A DNA stretch of 51,285 bases from an uncultured Candidatus Saccharibacteria bacterium (GTDB lineage: Bacteria > Patescibacteriota > Minisyncoccia > Minisyncoccales > JAGMDC01): the NCBI GenBank assembly GCA_964615205.1, contig CAZTQA010000002.1, positions 1-51,285 on the forward strand, read 5' to 3'. Shown here one piece after another: positions 16,561 to 27,500 of this stretch; the first letter of the stretch is position 1; each line of letters begins with the position of its first letter. The position numbers and the translations under genes were made by a program. The notes under the pieces are model-generated. The model did not search any database and was not told the origin of the DNA. It worked only from the letters and a program-made list of their open reading frames with translations.

Positions 16561-19017
16561 CTACTTTCCGCAGCATTTTTTATACTTTTTCCCACTGCCG
16601 CACGGGCAAGGGTCGTTACGGCCGACCTTATTGAAAGCAGGCTTTTTTCTTGGTTGGGGAGCAGAAGAAGAAGGACTGCTGAATTCCAAATTTCTATTGG
16701 GCATTTGTTCTGGTTTCACCAAACTGACCTTAAAAATGGTTTCCGCAATATTATTTTCTACTGAATCAAGGAAACGACGAAACATTTTATGTCCTTCGTT
16801 TTTGTATTCTACTAAAGGATCCTGCTGTCCATAAGCGCGCAAGCGAACAGCATCCCGAAGATATTCCATGCTTTCCAAATGATCTATCCACATAAGGTCA
16901 ATGGTACGCAAAACAATGATTTTTTCCACCTTTCTCATATTGTCTTCCCCTATTTCTTTTTCTTTTTTTAAATAATCCTCTTCTGTTTTGCCCTGCTTCT
17001 TAATTATTTCTAAAATATGGGCTTTGAGTTCTGAATTCTGAAATTTATCTAAAATCTCATTTCTTTTTTTATAAACCACCTCTCTATGCTTGTTGAGAAC
17101 ATCATCGTAATCAAGCAAATGTTTTCTTAAATCAAAATTCATTCCTTCAATTTTTCCCTGGGCAGATTCAATTACTCCAGAAACCAAACTTGCCTGAATG
17201 GGCTGGTCCTCTGGAATCTTTAGGGTCTCCATTAGTTTTTGAATCCTTTCTCCGCCAAAAATTCTTAAAAGATCATCTTCTAAAGAAACAAAAAATTGAG
17301 AAGAGCCAGGATCTCCTTGACGGCCCGATCTGCCTCTGAGCTGATTATCAATTCTTCTGGCTTCGTGTCTTTCCGTTCCTATAACGCAAAGTCCTCCCAA
17401 TTGAATTACTTTTTGAGATTCTTCTTTATTGGGAGGATTACCTCCTAAAATTATATCCACTCCCCTTCCAGCCATATTAGTAGCAATGGTAACTGCATTC
17501 AATCTTCCTGCCTGGGCTATAATCTCTCCTTCTTTTTGATGATGCTTGGCATTCAAAATCTGATGAGAGACACCTTCGCGCTCCAAAAGCTTTCCCAAAT
17601 ATTCATTTTTTTCAATAGAAGTGGTTCCAACTAAAACTGGCTGCCCTGTTTGATTTCTTTTTTTAATCTCCTCCTTCACAGCCATAAATTTTCCTTGCTC
17701 ATTCTTAAAAATCTTGTCAGAAAAATCTTTACGAATCATAGGTTTGTTGGTGGGAACAATAACTACTTCCAAGTTATAGACTTTGTGAAATTCTTCAGCT
17801 GAAGTAGCCGCTGTACCAGTCATACCGGCTAATTTATTGTAAAGACGAAAATAATTTTGGAAAGTAATAGAAGCCAATGTTTTTGATTCCGGTTGAACAT
17901 TCACTCCTTCTTTAGCTTCTATGGCTTGGTGCAATCCGCCAGAATAACGTCTACCCGGCAGAAGCCGGCCCGTGAAATCATCTACAATAATAACTTGGTT
18001 GTCTTTAACAACATAATGGCGGTCTTTTTTAAAAATAACTTTAGCCCGCAAGGATTGTTCTAAATAATGAAGATACTTAAATCCTTTTTCTTCATAGATA
18101 TTTTCCAAACCTAAAATTTTCTCTATTTTCTCAATTCCCTTTTCAGTTAAAGTGACTGACTTTGATTTTTCTTCAATTTCATAATCATTTTCTGCTTTGA
18201 GCTGGGAAATAATACTTGCAAACTGGCCATACATCTTGGCTGCCTCTGCGTCTGGGGCAGAAATAATTAAAGGAGTTCTGGCTTCATCAATCAAAATTGA
18301 ATCTACTTCGTCTATAATGGCAAAATCAAAACTTCTCTGAACCTTGTCTTTCAAATCATAAACCATATTATCCCTTAAATAGTCAAATCCGAACTCGTTG
18401 TTAGTGCCGTAAGTAATATCTGCCGCATAGGCTTCTTTTCTGGAACAGGGCCTTAAAAAGCTTTCTTCAACCTTGAATCCTCCCAGAGTATCCCGCTTTT
18501 CATCTAATTCATTCTGAACATTAGGATCATAGATGTAGGCGGTGTCATGAACAATGCATCCAGTGGATAATCCTAAAAAATGATATATCTGTCCCATCCA
18601 AACAACATCTCTTTTAGCTAAATAGTCATTAACTGTAATTACATGCACTCCTCCACCCTTTAAAGCGTTTAAATAAATAGCTAATGTAGATGATAAAGTT
18701 TTTCCTTCACCTGTTTTCATTTCAGCAATTTTTCCTTGGTGAAAAATAATACCTCCCATTATTTGAACATCAAAATGCCTTTGTTTTAAAGTTCTTTTAG
18801 AGGCCTCCCGCATCAAAGCAAAGGCCTCAACCAAAAGATCATCCAAAGGTTCTTCTCTTTTAGCTTTTTCTTTTAGTTCCTGGGATTTTTGATGAATTTC
18901 TTCATCAGAAAAATCCTCGAATTTAGGTTCGAGGCGATTGATTTCATCAACCAGGGGCTGAATCTGTTTTATATACTTTTCATTAGCATCACCAAATATT
19001 TTTGAAAACACCTTCAT
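16561..19017 (-). CDS. secA: Preprotein translocase ATPase SecA with C-terminal SEC-C motif
   Basis: EMKTGEGKT, DEVDSILIDEARTP, TNMAGRG, QLRGRSGRQGDPG, GRNDPCPCGSGKKYKKCC. Confidence 0.98.
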   Translation of the reverse strand: MKVFSKIFGDANEKYIKQIQPLVDEINRLEPKFEDFSDEEIHQKSQELKEKAKREEPLDDLLVEAFALMREASKRTLKQRHFDVQIMGGIIFHQGKIAEMKTGEGKTLSSTLAIYLNALKGGGVHVITVNDYLAKRDVVWMGQIYHFLGLSTGCIVHDTAYIYDPNVQNELDEKRDTLGGFKVEESFLRPCSRKEAYAADITYGTNNEFGFDYLRDNMVYDLKDKVQRSFDFAIIDEVDSILIDEARTPLIISAPDAEAAKMYGQFASIISQLKAENDYEIEEKSKSVTLTEKGIEKIEKILGLENIYEEKGFKYLHYLEQSLRAKVIFKKDRHYVVKDNQVIIVDDFTGRLLPGRRYSGGLHQAIEAKEGVNVQPESKTLASITFQNYFRLYNKLAGMTGTAATSAEEFHKVYNLEVVIVPTNKPMIRKDFSDKIFKNEQGKFMAVKEEIKKRNQTGQPVLVGTTSIEKNEYLGKLLEREGVSHQILNAKHHQKEGEIIAQAGRLNAVTIATNMAGRGVDIILGGNPPNKEESQKVIQLGGLCVIGTERHEARRIDNQLRGRSGRQGDPGSSQFFVSLEDDLLRIFGGERIQKLMETLKIPEDQPIQASLVSGVIESAQGKIEGMNFDLRKHLLDYDDVLNKHREVVYKKRNEILDKFQNSELKAHILEIIKKQGKTEEDYLKKEKEIGEDNMRKVEKIIVLRTIDLMWIDHLESMEYLRDAVRLRAYGQQDPLVEYKNEGHKMFRRFLDSVENNIAETIFKVSLVKPEQMPNRNLEFSSPSSSAPQPRKKPAFNKVGRNDPCPCGSGKKYKKCCGK

Positions 19018-19048
19018 CACAAAATAATTTTAACATAGATGTATAAAA

Positions 19049-19074
19049 AAACAACCCCGCAAGCGGGATTGTTT
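19049..19074 (-). terminator. Intrinsic terminator after the Lys-rich micro-ORF
   Basis: AAACAATCCCGC/GCGGGGTTGTTT hairpin followed by a T-run on the minus strand. Confidence 0.7.
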
Positions 19075-19087
19075 GAAGAAGAAAAAT

Positions 19088-19123
19088 TTACTTCTTCTTC
19101 TTAGCTTTCTTTTTCTTAGCCAT
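19088..19123 (-). CDS. Putative 11-aa lysine-rich micropeptide MAKKKKAKKKK
   Basis: ATG GCT AAG AAA AAG AAA GCT AAG AAG AAG AAG TAA immediately followed by a terminator. Confidence 0.5.
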   Translation of the reverse strand: MAKKKKAKKKK

Positions 19124-19279
19124 TGTAATTGTCTTTAAAACGCAATTGCTTTTTAAAGATAGTTTTATTAGAGACAAATATTCGACTTTATTTGTCCTTC
19201 TACTGCCTATTTTGAAACAGCAGAAAAAATTTCCAAAAAAATTTTATCTTATTATATTTTTTCATTTTAAAAAATATTG

Positions 19280-20158
19280 TCAATGTGGAAAACCCAAATA
19301 TTCAATTTCTTCTTTCAATTCTATGTTAAATTTTTGTTTTACTTTAGTTTTAATTAATTTTATTAATTCTAAAACCTCTTCTGATTTGGCATTGCCTAAA
19401 TTGATTATAAAGTTGGCATGCTTTTTAGAAACTTGAGCTTTGCCTATTTTTTTTTCCTTTAATCCACATTCTTCAATGAGCCAGCCGGCAAAATGTTCTG
19501 GAGGATTCTTAAAAACAGAACCGGCCGAAGGATATTCTAAGGGCTGATGTTTTCTTCTCCACTTCAAATTTTGTTTTATTCTTTTTTTAATTTCTTCTTT
19601 ATTATCTTTTTTGAACTCCAGTTCTACAGAAAGAATAATTAAGTTTCTATTTTCTTTAAAAATACTCTTTCTGTATTTAAATTTACAATCTTTCTTCTTT
19701 AAATTTTTAATTTTATGATTTTTAATTTCTAACGCTTTTACATTCTTCACTACATCGCTTATTGATTGATTAAAAGCGCTGGCATTTCCTTGAACAGCTC
19801 CTCCCAAAGTTCCCGGCATTCCAGCTGCCCACTCCATACCAGTCAATCCTTTTTCCGTTGTTGCAGTAATAAGCTTGGATAAAGAAAGTCCTGCCTCTGC
19901 GTGAATCTTTGTATTTTGTATCTTGTATTTTGTATTATCTATTTTTATAACCAAACCCTTAAATCCTTTGTCGTTTACTAAAACATTTCCGCCGCTGCCT
20001 AAAATAAAAAAATCCAGCTTCATTTCTTGGGCTGTTTTTATGGCCTTAACTAAATCTTGTTCTGTTTTAGCTTCAAAAAAATATTCTGCCGGACCCCCAA
20101 TTTTGAAAGTAGTATGATTTTTTAAAAGAATATTTCTTTTAAACTTTACTTTTTTCAT
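19280..20158 (-). CDS. murB: UDP-N-acetylenolpyruvoylglucosamine reductase
   Basis: HTTFKIGGPA, LGSGGN.L..D, PSAGSVFKNP, KHANFIIN. Confidence 0.96.
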   Translation of the reverse strand: MKKVKFKRNILLKNHTTFKIGGPAEYFFEAKTEQDLVKAIKTAQEMKLDFFILGSGGNVLVNDKGFKGLVIKIDNTKYKIQNTKIHAEAGLSLSKLITATTEKGLTGMEWAAGMPGTLGGAVQGNASAFNQSISDVVKNVKALEIKNHKIKNLKKKDCKFKYRKSIFKENRNLIILSVELEFKKDNKEEIKKRIKQNLKWRRKHQPLEYPSAGSVFKNPPEHFAGWLIEECGLKEKKIGKAQVSKKHANFIINLGNAKSEEVLELIKLIKTKVKQKFNIELKEEIEYLGFPH

Positions 20159-20175
20159 TTTTCATTTTTAATTTC

Positions 20176-20241
20176 AAAAATGACCGGGAGAGTTAACTCC
20201 AATTCTAAGTCTTTAGTGAGCGCTTCCTCCCGGCCATTTTT
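20176..20241 (-). promoter_or_regulatory. Promoter-proximal stem-loop upstream of murB (leader or small RNA)
   Basis: Minus strand TGCTATAAT (20242-20250), then AAAAATGGCCGGGAG...CTCCCGGTCATTTTT inverted repeat. Confidence 0.55.
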
Positions 20242-20280
20242 ATTATAGCAGAAATAAAAAAAATATGCTATGATTATAAG

Positions 20281-21402
20281 ATGTATTTTGTCCATCCCCA
20301 GATAAAATTAACTCAAAAAAACTTAAAAGAAATATCTCTTTGTTTTTTTAAATTTCCTCAATCAGAAGCTTTAAAGAAAAAGTTTTCTTTTTATTTTCCA
20401 GACAAACAAATAGTTTTTACCGATATGGGAAGATCGGCTTTCAGGATAATGATTGAAAAAATGAATTTGAGGAACAGCGAGATTCTCTTCCCGGCATATA
20501 TTTGTGATATTTTTCTCCCCATTCTCAAAAAATATAATCTCAAACCTATCTTTTTAGATGTTGATCCTAAAACTTTTAATATTCAGACCAAAGATATAGA
20601 AAAAAAAATTACACCTCAAACCAAAGCCATTTTTATCTCTCATATCTACGGACTACCCAACAACATCAATCCTATTCTAAAAATAGCTAAAAAACATAAA
20701 CTCAAAGTCATGGAGGACTGCGCTCATTGTTTGGGAATAAAAATGAACCATAAATATTTAGGTAATTTCGGAGAGGCAGCTATGTTCAGTTTTTATAAAT
20801 CCCTGCCCGTGATAAGAGGCGGGATGCTAATCTGTCCCAAGGATTGGCAGATAGATCTGGATAAGACAGATTTCTCTTTGAGAGATTTTCTCTCTTTTTT
20901 AAACTGCTTTCCTTGTTGGGCATATATCTTTAAAAAATTAGGCAACCAGGTCGCTCCCAAAATAATAAGAAAAGAAAAACTAATCAAAATCGGGGCTATC
21001 AACAAAGTATCTCTAAATTTAATCAATTATTTTTTAAATTATCATCAGCAAAAAAGCAAAAAAAGAATTAAATTAGCTTTATCCTATCAGCAAGAATTAA
21101 AGAAACTGGGTTTCCAAATTCCAAAATCAAAAAATAATAGCTTTTGTTATCTTTCTGTTTTAATGCCGGAAAAAATAAAAAACAAAAGAGATGCTTTAGT
21201 GAAAGAGCTTCAAAAGAGAAATGTTTTTTGCACCCGAATGTGGCATCAGCCCCTGGCCAGCCATTATGATATAAAAAAATATCCCTTTACTTTAGATATA
21301 AGCCAGAGGATTATCAACTTTCCTCTCCAGGATTTTTTTGAGAAAAAAGAAGTTAAAAAGATAGTTTCAGAAACTCAAAAGTGCCTTGACATAATTGAAT
21401 GA
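20281..21402 (+). CDS. DegT/DnrJ/EryC1/StrS-family PLP-dependent aminotransferase
   Basis: ITPQTKAIFISHIYG, EDCAH, G....FSF.K....GG; extended -10 TGCTATGAT 6 nt before the ATG (leaderless). Confidence 0.85.
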   Translation: MYFVHPQIKLTQKNLKEISLCFFKFPQSEALKKKFSFYFPDKQIVFTDMGRSAFRIMIEKMNLRNSEILFPAYICDIFLPILKKYNLKPIFLDVDPKTFNIQTKDIEKKITPQTKAIFISHIYGLPNNINPILKIAKKHKLKVMEDCAHCLGIKMNHKYLGNFGEAAMFSFYKSLPVIRGGMLICPKDWQIDLDKTDFSLRDFLSFLNCFPCWAYIFKKLGNQVAPKIIRKEKLIKIGAINKVSLNLINYFLNYHQQKSKKRIKLALSYQQELKKLGFQIPKSKNNSFCYLSVLMPEKIKNKRDALVKELQKRNVFCTRMWHQPLASHYDIKKYPFTLDISQRIINFPLQDFFEKKEVKKIVSETQKCLDIIE

Positions 21403-21414
21403 AACTGCTAAGAT
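21386..21414 (+). promoter_or_regulatory. sigma70 promoter overlapping the DegT stop, firing into a short non-coding unit
   Basis: TTGACA-17 bp-(TGC)TAAGAT. Confidence 0.65.
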
Positions 21415-21448
21415 TACTTTAGTGAGTGTAATTTCCGATTCTTTGTCG

Positions 21449-21479
21449 GCAAAAAACCCTGTTTTGCAGGGTTTTTTGC
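21449..21479. terminator. Bidirectional intrinsic terminator
   Basis: GCAAAAAACCCTG / CAGGGTTTTTTGC perfect 13-bp inverted repeat between convergent genes. Confidence 0.8.
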
Positions 21480-21518
21480 TTTTAGCTAAAAGCTCTTTTT
21501 TGCGACCTTTTCTAAACC

Positions 21519-24500
21519 TTATTCAACACTTAATAATTGGTTTAATTTAGCAATAGTAGTGTCACCAACATAACCGGTTCCAGAAGTTAAACCCCAGTAT
21601 GCTAATACTTCATCAGCATATTTGTTCTGAAATTTAATAACTGCTGATTTGGTCAACGGACCAAAGTAATCAGTCTCACTCCCTGGGGAACCAGCTCCAG
21701 TGCTTGCTACTTGTGTCGCAGAATCGCTGTTTAAAACGATCTGTAAACATTCAACGTCATCGCCGGACATGCCTTGACTTAAGTGACGGTCAAAAGCGGT
21801 GATGGAACAGCCCTCTATAACATTAAGTTCTGCTAATTCTGCTTGTAATTCCTGAATAGCAGCGATGATTTCAGCGATCTTGGCTTGCAGTTCCTCAATA
21901 GTCATTTCAGAAATAGGCTTTTCAAAAGTAATCAAATCTTCTGTGTCTGTTTCATCTGCTGTTTCATCCGTTGTTTCATCAGATTCTTCCTCTTCTTCTG
22001 TAGTTGTTTGAGTAAACGGCAAAGCGCTGCCGCTTGCTCCAGCGCCACTGCCACCGTCAGAGTTAGTAGTGGCAGAAGCAGTAGAAGTCCATGAAGAATC
22101 ACCAGAAGCATTAGTGGCTTTCACTCTATAATAGTAAGTAGTGGAAGCGCTTAATCCGGTATCTGTAGCAGAAGTAGCATTAGCTGAAGTGGTAGTTATT
22201 AGGGCTGCGCTTTCCCAGCTGGAATCAGCTGAATTACGGTAAACTTTAAATCCTGTTTCATCGTCACTGTTGTCTGTCCAGGAAAGAGCAATACTGGAAG
22301 TGCTTGCAGAGCTAGCGCTTAATCCAGATGGAGCAGTAGGAACACCTCCTTCTCCCACTGGACCTCCTTCTGAAAAGTGATCGGTAATAATAATCAACAA
22401 GTTATTTTCGGGATCTCTCATCACAGTGTCATAATTTTCCCAAGTACCGGTTGTTTCGTTGTAATACTTCGGCGTAATGCTGTATTCTGAATAACCCGCT
22501 GCTTCAATAAGTTCTTCATTATAGGGCATAGTAATGGTTACATTGCCTGCCAAATCGCTGATTTCCTGTCCGTCAGAGTTTCTGGCATTGAAGCTGTAAG
22601 TAATGCCTATCGGCTTTTCTTTAGCATCCGGCTTAACATCAACAGTAGGAGTAACACTTACTGTTACTGTTCCGCTTGTAGCAATGCTTCCGGCAGGCAT
22701 TTCAAGAGTCAGCCCATTAGTCAAAGTAAGCGTCTTTGATTCCGAAGAGTCAAAGGAAATCGTTTTTGACTCCGGTATAACCAAGCCAAGGGAAACTAAT
22801 TCAAGATTCTGGGTTTCTGTTTCTTCATCAACGGCAATAGTAACCACCTCGCTTTCATAAAGAATGCTGCTGATCTGGGCAACTGCCACTAAATGCCAGG
22901 TTGTCCCATTATTCACCTTAATACTGTAAGAGCCGCTGGTTGCCGAAGCTCCATTGCCGCGTCCGTCATCTGACCAGGCCCTCACATAACTTGCCTGAGC
23001 TTCTCCGCTGTCATAAGCTCCGTCTGCATCAGCATCCACAAAAACAGTCCCGGCGATAGTGGCGTCAGCCGCAGTAAAGGTCAAGTCATTGCCTGTAGAA
23101 ATTTCATCAGCTTCCACAATTACGGTTAAAAATTCAGGAGCAATCAAATCCCTGGTATCCCAAGGTGGAAGACCAACACCTATTTTATAAGTTCCTTCGC
23201 TTACATTTATAGAATAGTTTCCGCTGACGTCTGTGTAATCGCCTACACCAGGACCGCCTACGCCGTTAAATTCTGTAAGCATATCTGCTGAACCATAGTC
23301 GGCAAAAACCCAAACGCCTGACATTGCGCTGCTGGAAGTTCCAGTGGCATCTAAAACCTGCCCTGAAATTACAGCATTTAATTGTTTCACTTCAAAGTTA
23401 AGAGTATTGGAACTTCCGGATTCAATAGCTATTTTTTCGTCAGGAGAAACGATCATATAATAACTCTGGCCAAAAGTCATAAAGGGATCAATGAAGGCAT
23501 CCACATACCAGGTACCGGCAGCCACATTCAAAGAATAGGAGCCGTCTGAATTTGATTCAGTGGACTGCCATCCGCCGCCAATCCGATCAGCATTAACCAT
23601 AGCCCTTAAATTAGAAACTTCTTCTCCAGAATCGTAAATGTCATTGCTGTTAGCGTCTAAAAAGAAACGTCCGGAAACAGTGGCATCGTTTTCAACAACA
23701 ATTAGATTAACTTCCGTATACCCCAAGGCATTATTGGAATCACTGTCAGAAAGAACTGTTACAGTAGCAGTTTCAGAAAGAGTGTAGGAGGAGCCAGGAG
23801 GACTGCCAACGCCGATTTCGTAGGTGCCGGCAGGAACCTTTAATTGAAAAGCGCCGTTGTTAATTCCAGAGCCCATTCCCTGGTCCATCATTCCAGGACC
23901 CATCACGCTGCCTGTTCCGCCTGTTCCTCCAGCCATCATTCCTGATTTTTCCATCATATCATCCATTGGTCCTCCAAAATCAAGATAATCATCAACGCTG
24001 GTGTCTTTTATCCAAACGCCACCCCAAAAATCAGTCACCACGTCTCCGCTGGCTGAATTAAGACGAACCTTGCCTTTGATGGTGGCGTTGGCTGTTTTTA
24101 AAATGAAATCATTGTTTTCGCTGGTTTCACTGGCATCAATAGTGACACTTAGAGGAGCTCCCTGATAAACATACTGGTTGGACATAGGCATTGCCATTAG
24201 ACCCCACATTCCGGCCGGCACCGTAACATCATAATCTCCGCTCGTGTCTGTGTAACCCATTCCCCAGCCCGGTCCGTCATACTCATAAACATTAATTACC
24301 ACATTTTGAATGCCGTTTCCGGCAGCATCCTGGACCTTGCCTTTAATATGAGAGTTCTTGGCTTTAAGAGTTAATGTACCTGCGTCAGCCGAGCTATTAG
24401 CGTTAACTGTCACGATTTTTTTATTAGGAGCGCCGAAAGTGTTCATTAAATCTCCAGAAGGAAAGGCGGAAACTCTATAAGTGCCGGCAGCTACCTTAAT

Positions 24501-27500
24501 AGAGAATCTGCCGTTTGAATCAGTGCTCCTGCCATTGCACATTCCCATGTCCTGACAGATATCAACCCAGCAGTTGCTTACAGCTGTGCCGTCTGTTTTC
24601 TTGACATAACCATAAATAGTGGAATTAGTTGCTGCAACCTTAAAATTCTTGGTCTGGGTGTCATCAGAATCATCAACTGCAGAAAATGTCATCCTGGTTG
24701 GAGTTTCACTAAAAAGCCAGTCAATCTCTGTGCCCCAATCAGGCCTAACTTCAACCCACCAGGAGCCGTCAGCCACTTTTAAAGAATAAGCTCCGCTGGC
24801 ATTTGTTCTGGTTTCAACAAATCCGCCCCCCATATCTTTATGCGTTTCAACCCGGGCATTAGTCACAACAGTATCTGTTCCACTATCATATTCACCGTTG
24901 CTGTTAGTATCTTTATACACATGTCCGGAAATGGTATTGGTCGGTTCCTGAAGAGTGATTTTATTGTTGGTAAGATTTTCGCCGTCTTCTTTAACAACGC
25001 CAATATCATTAGATATCTCAACAGAAAGTCCGCTGGGTGCAACCAATCCCTCTCCCCAAGGCATATTAACTTCAATATTATACGTGCCGTCATCAAGTCC
25101 GCCTATTGAAAACTTTCCGTTAGAATTAGTATTGCTGCCAGCAGGCTGGATATTCCAGTTTGAACTGCTGTAAACATTTATCCAGACATTGGAAACAGGA
25201 GTAGAACCGTCTGCCTTGACCACTGTTCCTCTCAACTGAGGAAGCCCGAGACGAATAGCTCCAGCGTTGGCTTTACTAGATGTAGTGTTAAGATTTAAAG
25301 ATTCGCTTCCGGATGCCACAGCTGAAGAAATGGTTATTTCTTCCCTGGCAGTGGAAAAAGGACTACCCCAGCCGGCTTGGTATTCAATTATATATGTTCC
25401 TGCTTCCACTCCGCCCAAACTGAACACGCCGCTGTCATTAGTATTCGCACCGTAATTCTTGCATATGCCGTTAGTACACATGCCTGCTTGATAGATATTA
25501 ATCCAGCCCCAGGCAACCGGCTGATCGCATTCTCCTTGGGTAATTCCTAAAGTAGAATAAGAAGAATCCCAAACAGGCGTTTTAAGAGTCCCTGTAATAT
25601 TTGGCTGGGACAAGCGAACAATTATATTTCTAGTTGAAACAGCAGTAAACCCGGAATCGTCTGATGTTACATTTCCATCAGCATCAACTGTAATAGTATA
25701 CATCTTTCTGGAATAACTGGAACCCCAGTTAGGATTTACTTCAAGCTCATAAGTTCCAGCACTTACAGTGCCAAAAGCAAACTGTCCGCTTTCGTTGGTG
25801 TTTGCCCAGGAATCATTGCCTGTCATACTGTTTTGTTGCCTAATACCCAAATTTGCCTGCTGGCCAACACTGCCAGTAGGACCATAAACAACACCAACAA
25901 GCCCGTTTACGCTCGGATCAGCCAAGCGGATATCATTTAAATCATCAGCTCCGCCGCTTACGCTTGTTACCGAACCTCCGGATACAACTAAAATAATTGC
26001 AGCAGGGGCAGCGTACACGCCGGAACTGTAAACATTCAACTGCATCTGCCAAGTGCCATCAGGAACAGTGCCTATGCCAAAATTTCCGTTTGAATCTGTC
26101 TGGCCCCAATAGCAGGTTCCCGGACTCATATAAGGACAGATGTCAATGCTAATATTCTGCTGGCCCGTAGTGCCGGTTGGGTCATAAACCTTGCCCGTAA
26201 CATTAGGAGCTGACAAATTAATATTTCCTATATCTTTGCCATTAGTTACTTCAGTGTCGGAAATAGCCACATCCGCGCTGTAATTAGAATAGCTTGAACT
26301 GTTTGAATCTACATTAAGATGATAGGTTCCGGATTGAGAAACGCTGAACCTGAATTTTCCGTTGCTGTCGGTGTTCGTACCGCTCCAATAGCTGTCCTTG
26401 TTAAGGTTTACCCAGGCGCCTGACACCGCCTCTCCTCCGGCTAAAACAGTGCCGAAAACATTGGGAACACCCAAACGAATAGCTCCGCCTGTCGCAATTC
26501 CGTTCGCGTCATTATCCAAATTAGTAATTCCTGTTTCTGCATTATAAGCATCCACATTGCTTGATCCAATAACCACGCTATAGCTGACTCTGGAATATCC
26601 TCCAAAAGTGCTGTCTCCCCAGTTCGGTTCCACTTCCATAACATAACTTCCAGCAGTAACTCCTCCAAAATAGAATACGCCGCTAGTGTCTGTATCAGTC
26701 CATTTATTCACGGTCCAGTCAGTAGTATGAATATTAAGATGAGCATTAGGCACAACTGTATCAGGGCTGGGATTAGAATCAGAAGCATCTCCCGCAGGCG
26801 TTTTAACCGTTCCCTGAACATTGAGCTGGGTTAAGCTTAGGTTCGCCGAGGTAGTTGAACCTCCTAGGGCTATTGTATACCAAGCTTCATTAAATCTGTA
26901 ATTATTTGGGTTGTATTCAGGTGGTTGAACTTCTACGCCGTAATAATTACTGGAGCTGGTCATTGGAACATATACTTTATAAGCTCCGCTAGAATTTGTA
27001 ATCGCTCTCTGGATCGTTGACCAGTAATCATTATGCACAATAACCGTAGCTCCCTCTATAGCATTACTGCTGGGATCAGTTATTATTCCGCTGATATTGG
27101 ATGCAGCAAAAGCAGAAGTGCCGGCATCAGTAACAGTCGCTCCTTCAATTGTCTGGCCTCCTGCTTCAGTTGGAGCAGCTTCGCTTGCTCCTGCTGGAGT
27201 TGTAAAGAAAACATCAACTGAACCGCTTACACAACTCCCGTTATTATAACCAACCACAGCGTAATAGCCGTTGTTGTGGCTTTCGGTTGAACCATATTCT
27301 GTATTCCAATATTCTATTCTTACTGGCACATTATTCTGGTCAGAGCCGACAGTTGCGCTGGAATTGGTTAATTTACCAATAATCACGCCCGCAATATCAT
27401 TATACATTCCAAAATATTTAACATTGGAATAAAGTTTATCGTCCTGATTTTTAACTTTGACTTCGTTATTGCCAATAGGAGCTGTTTGATTTTCGCTTTC

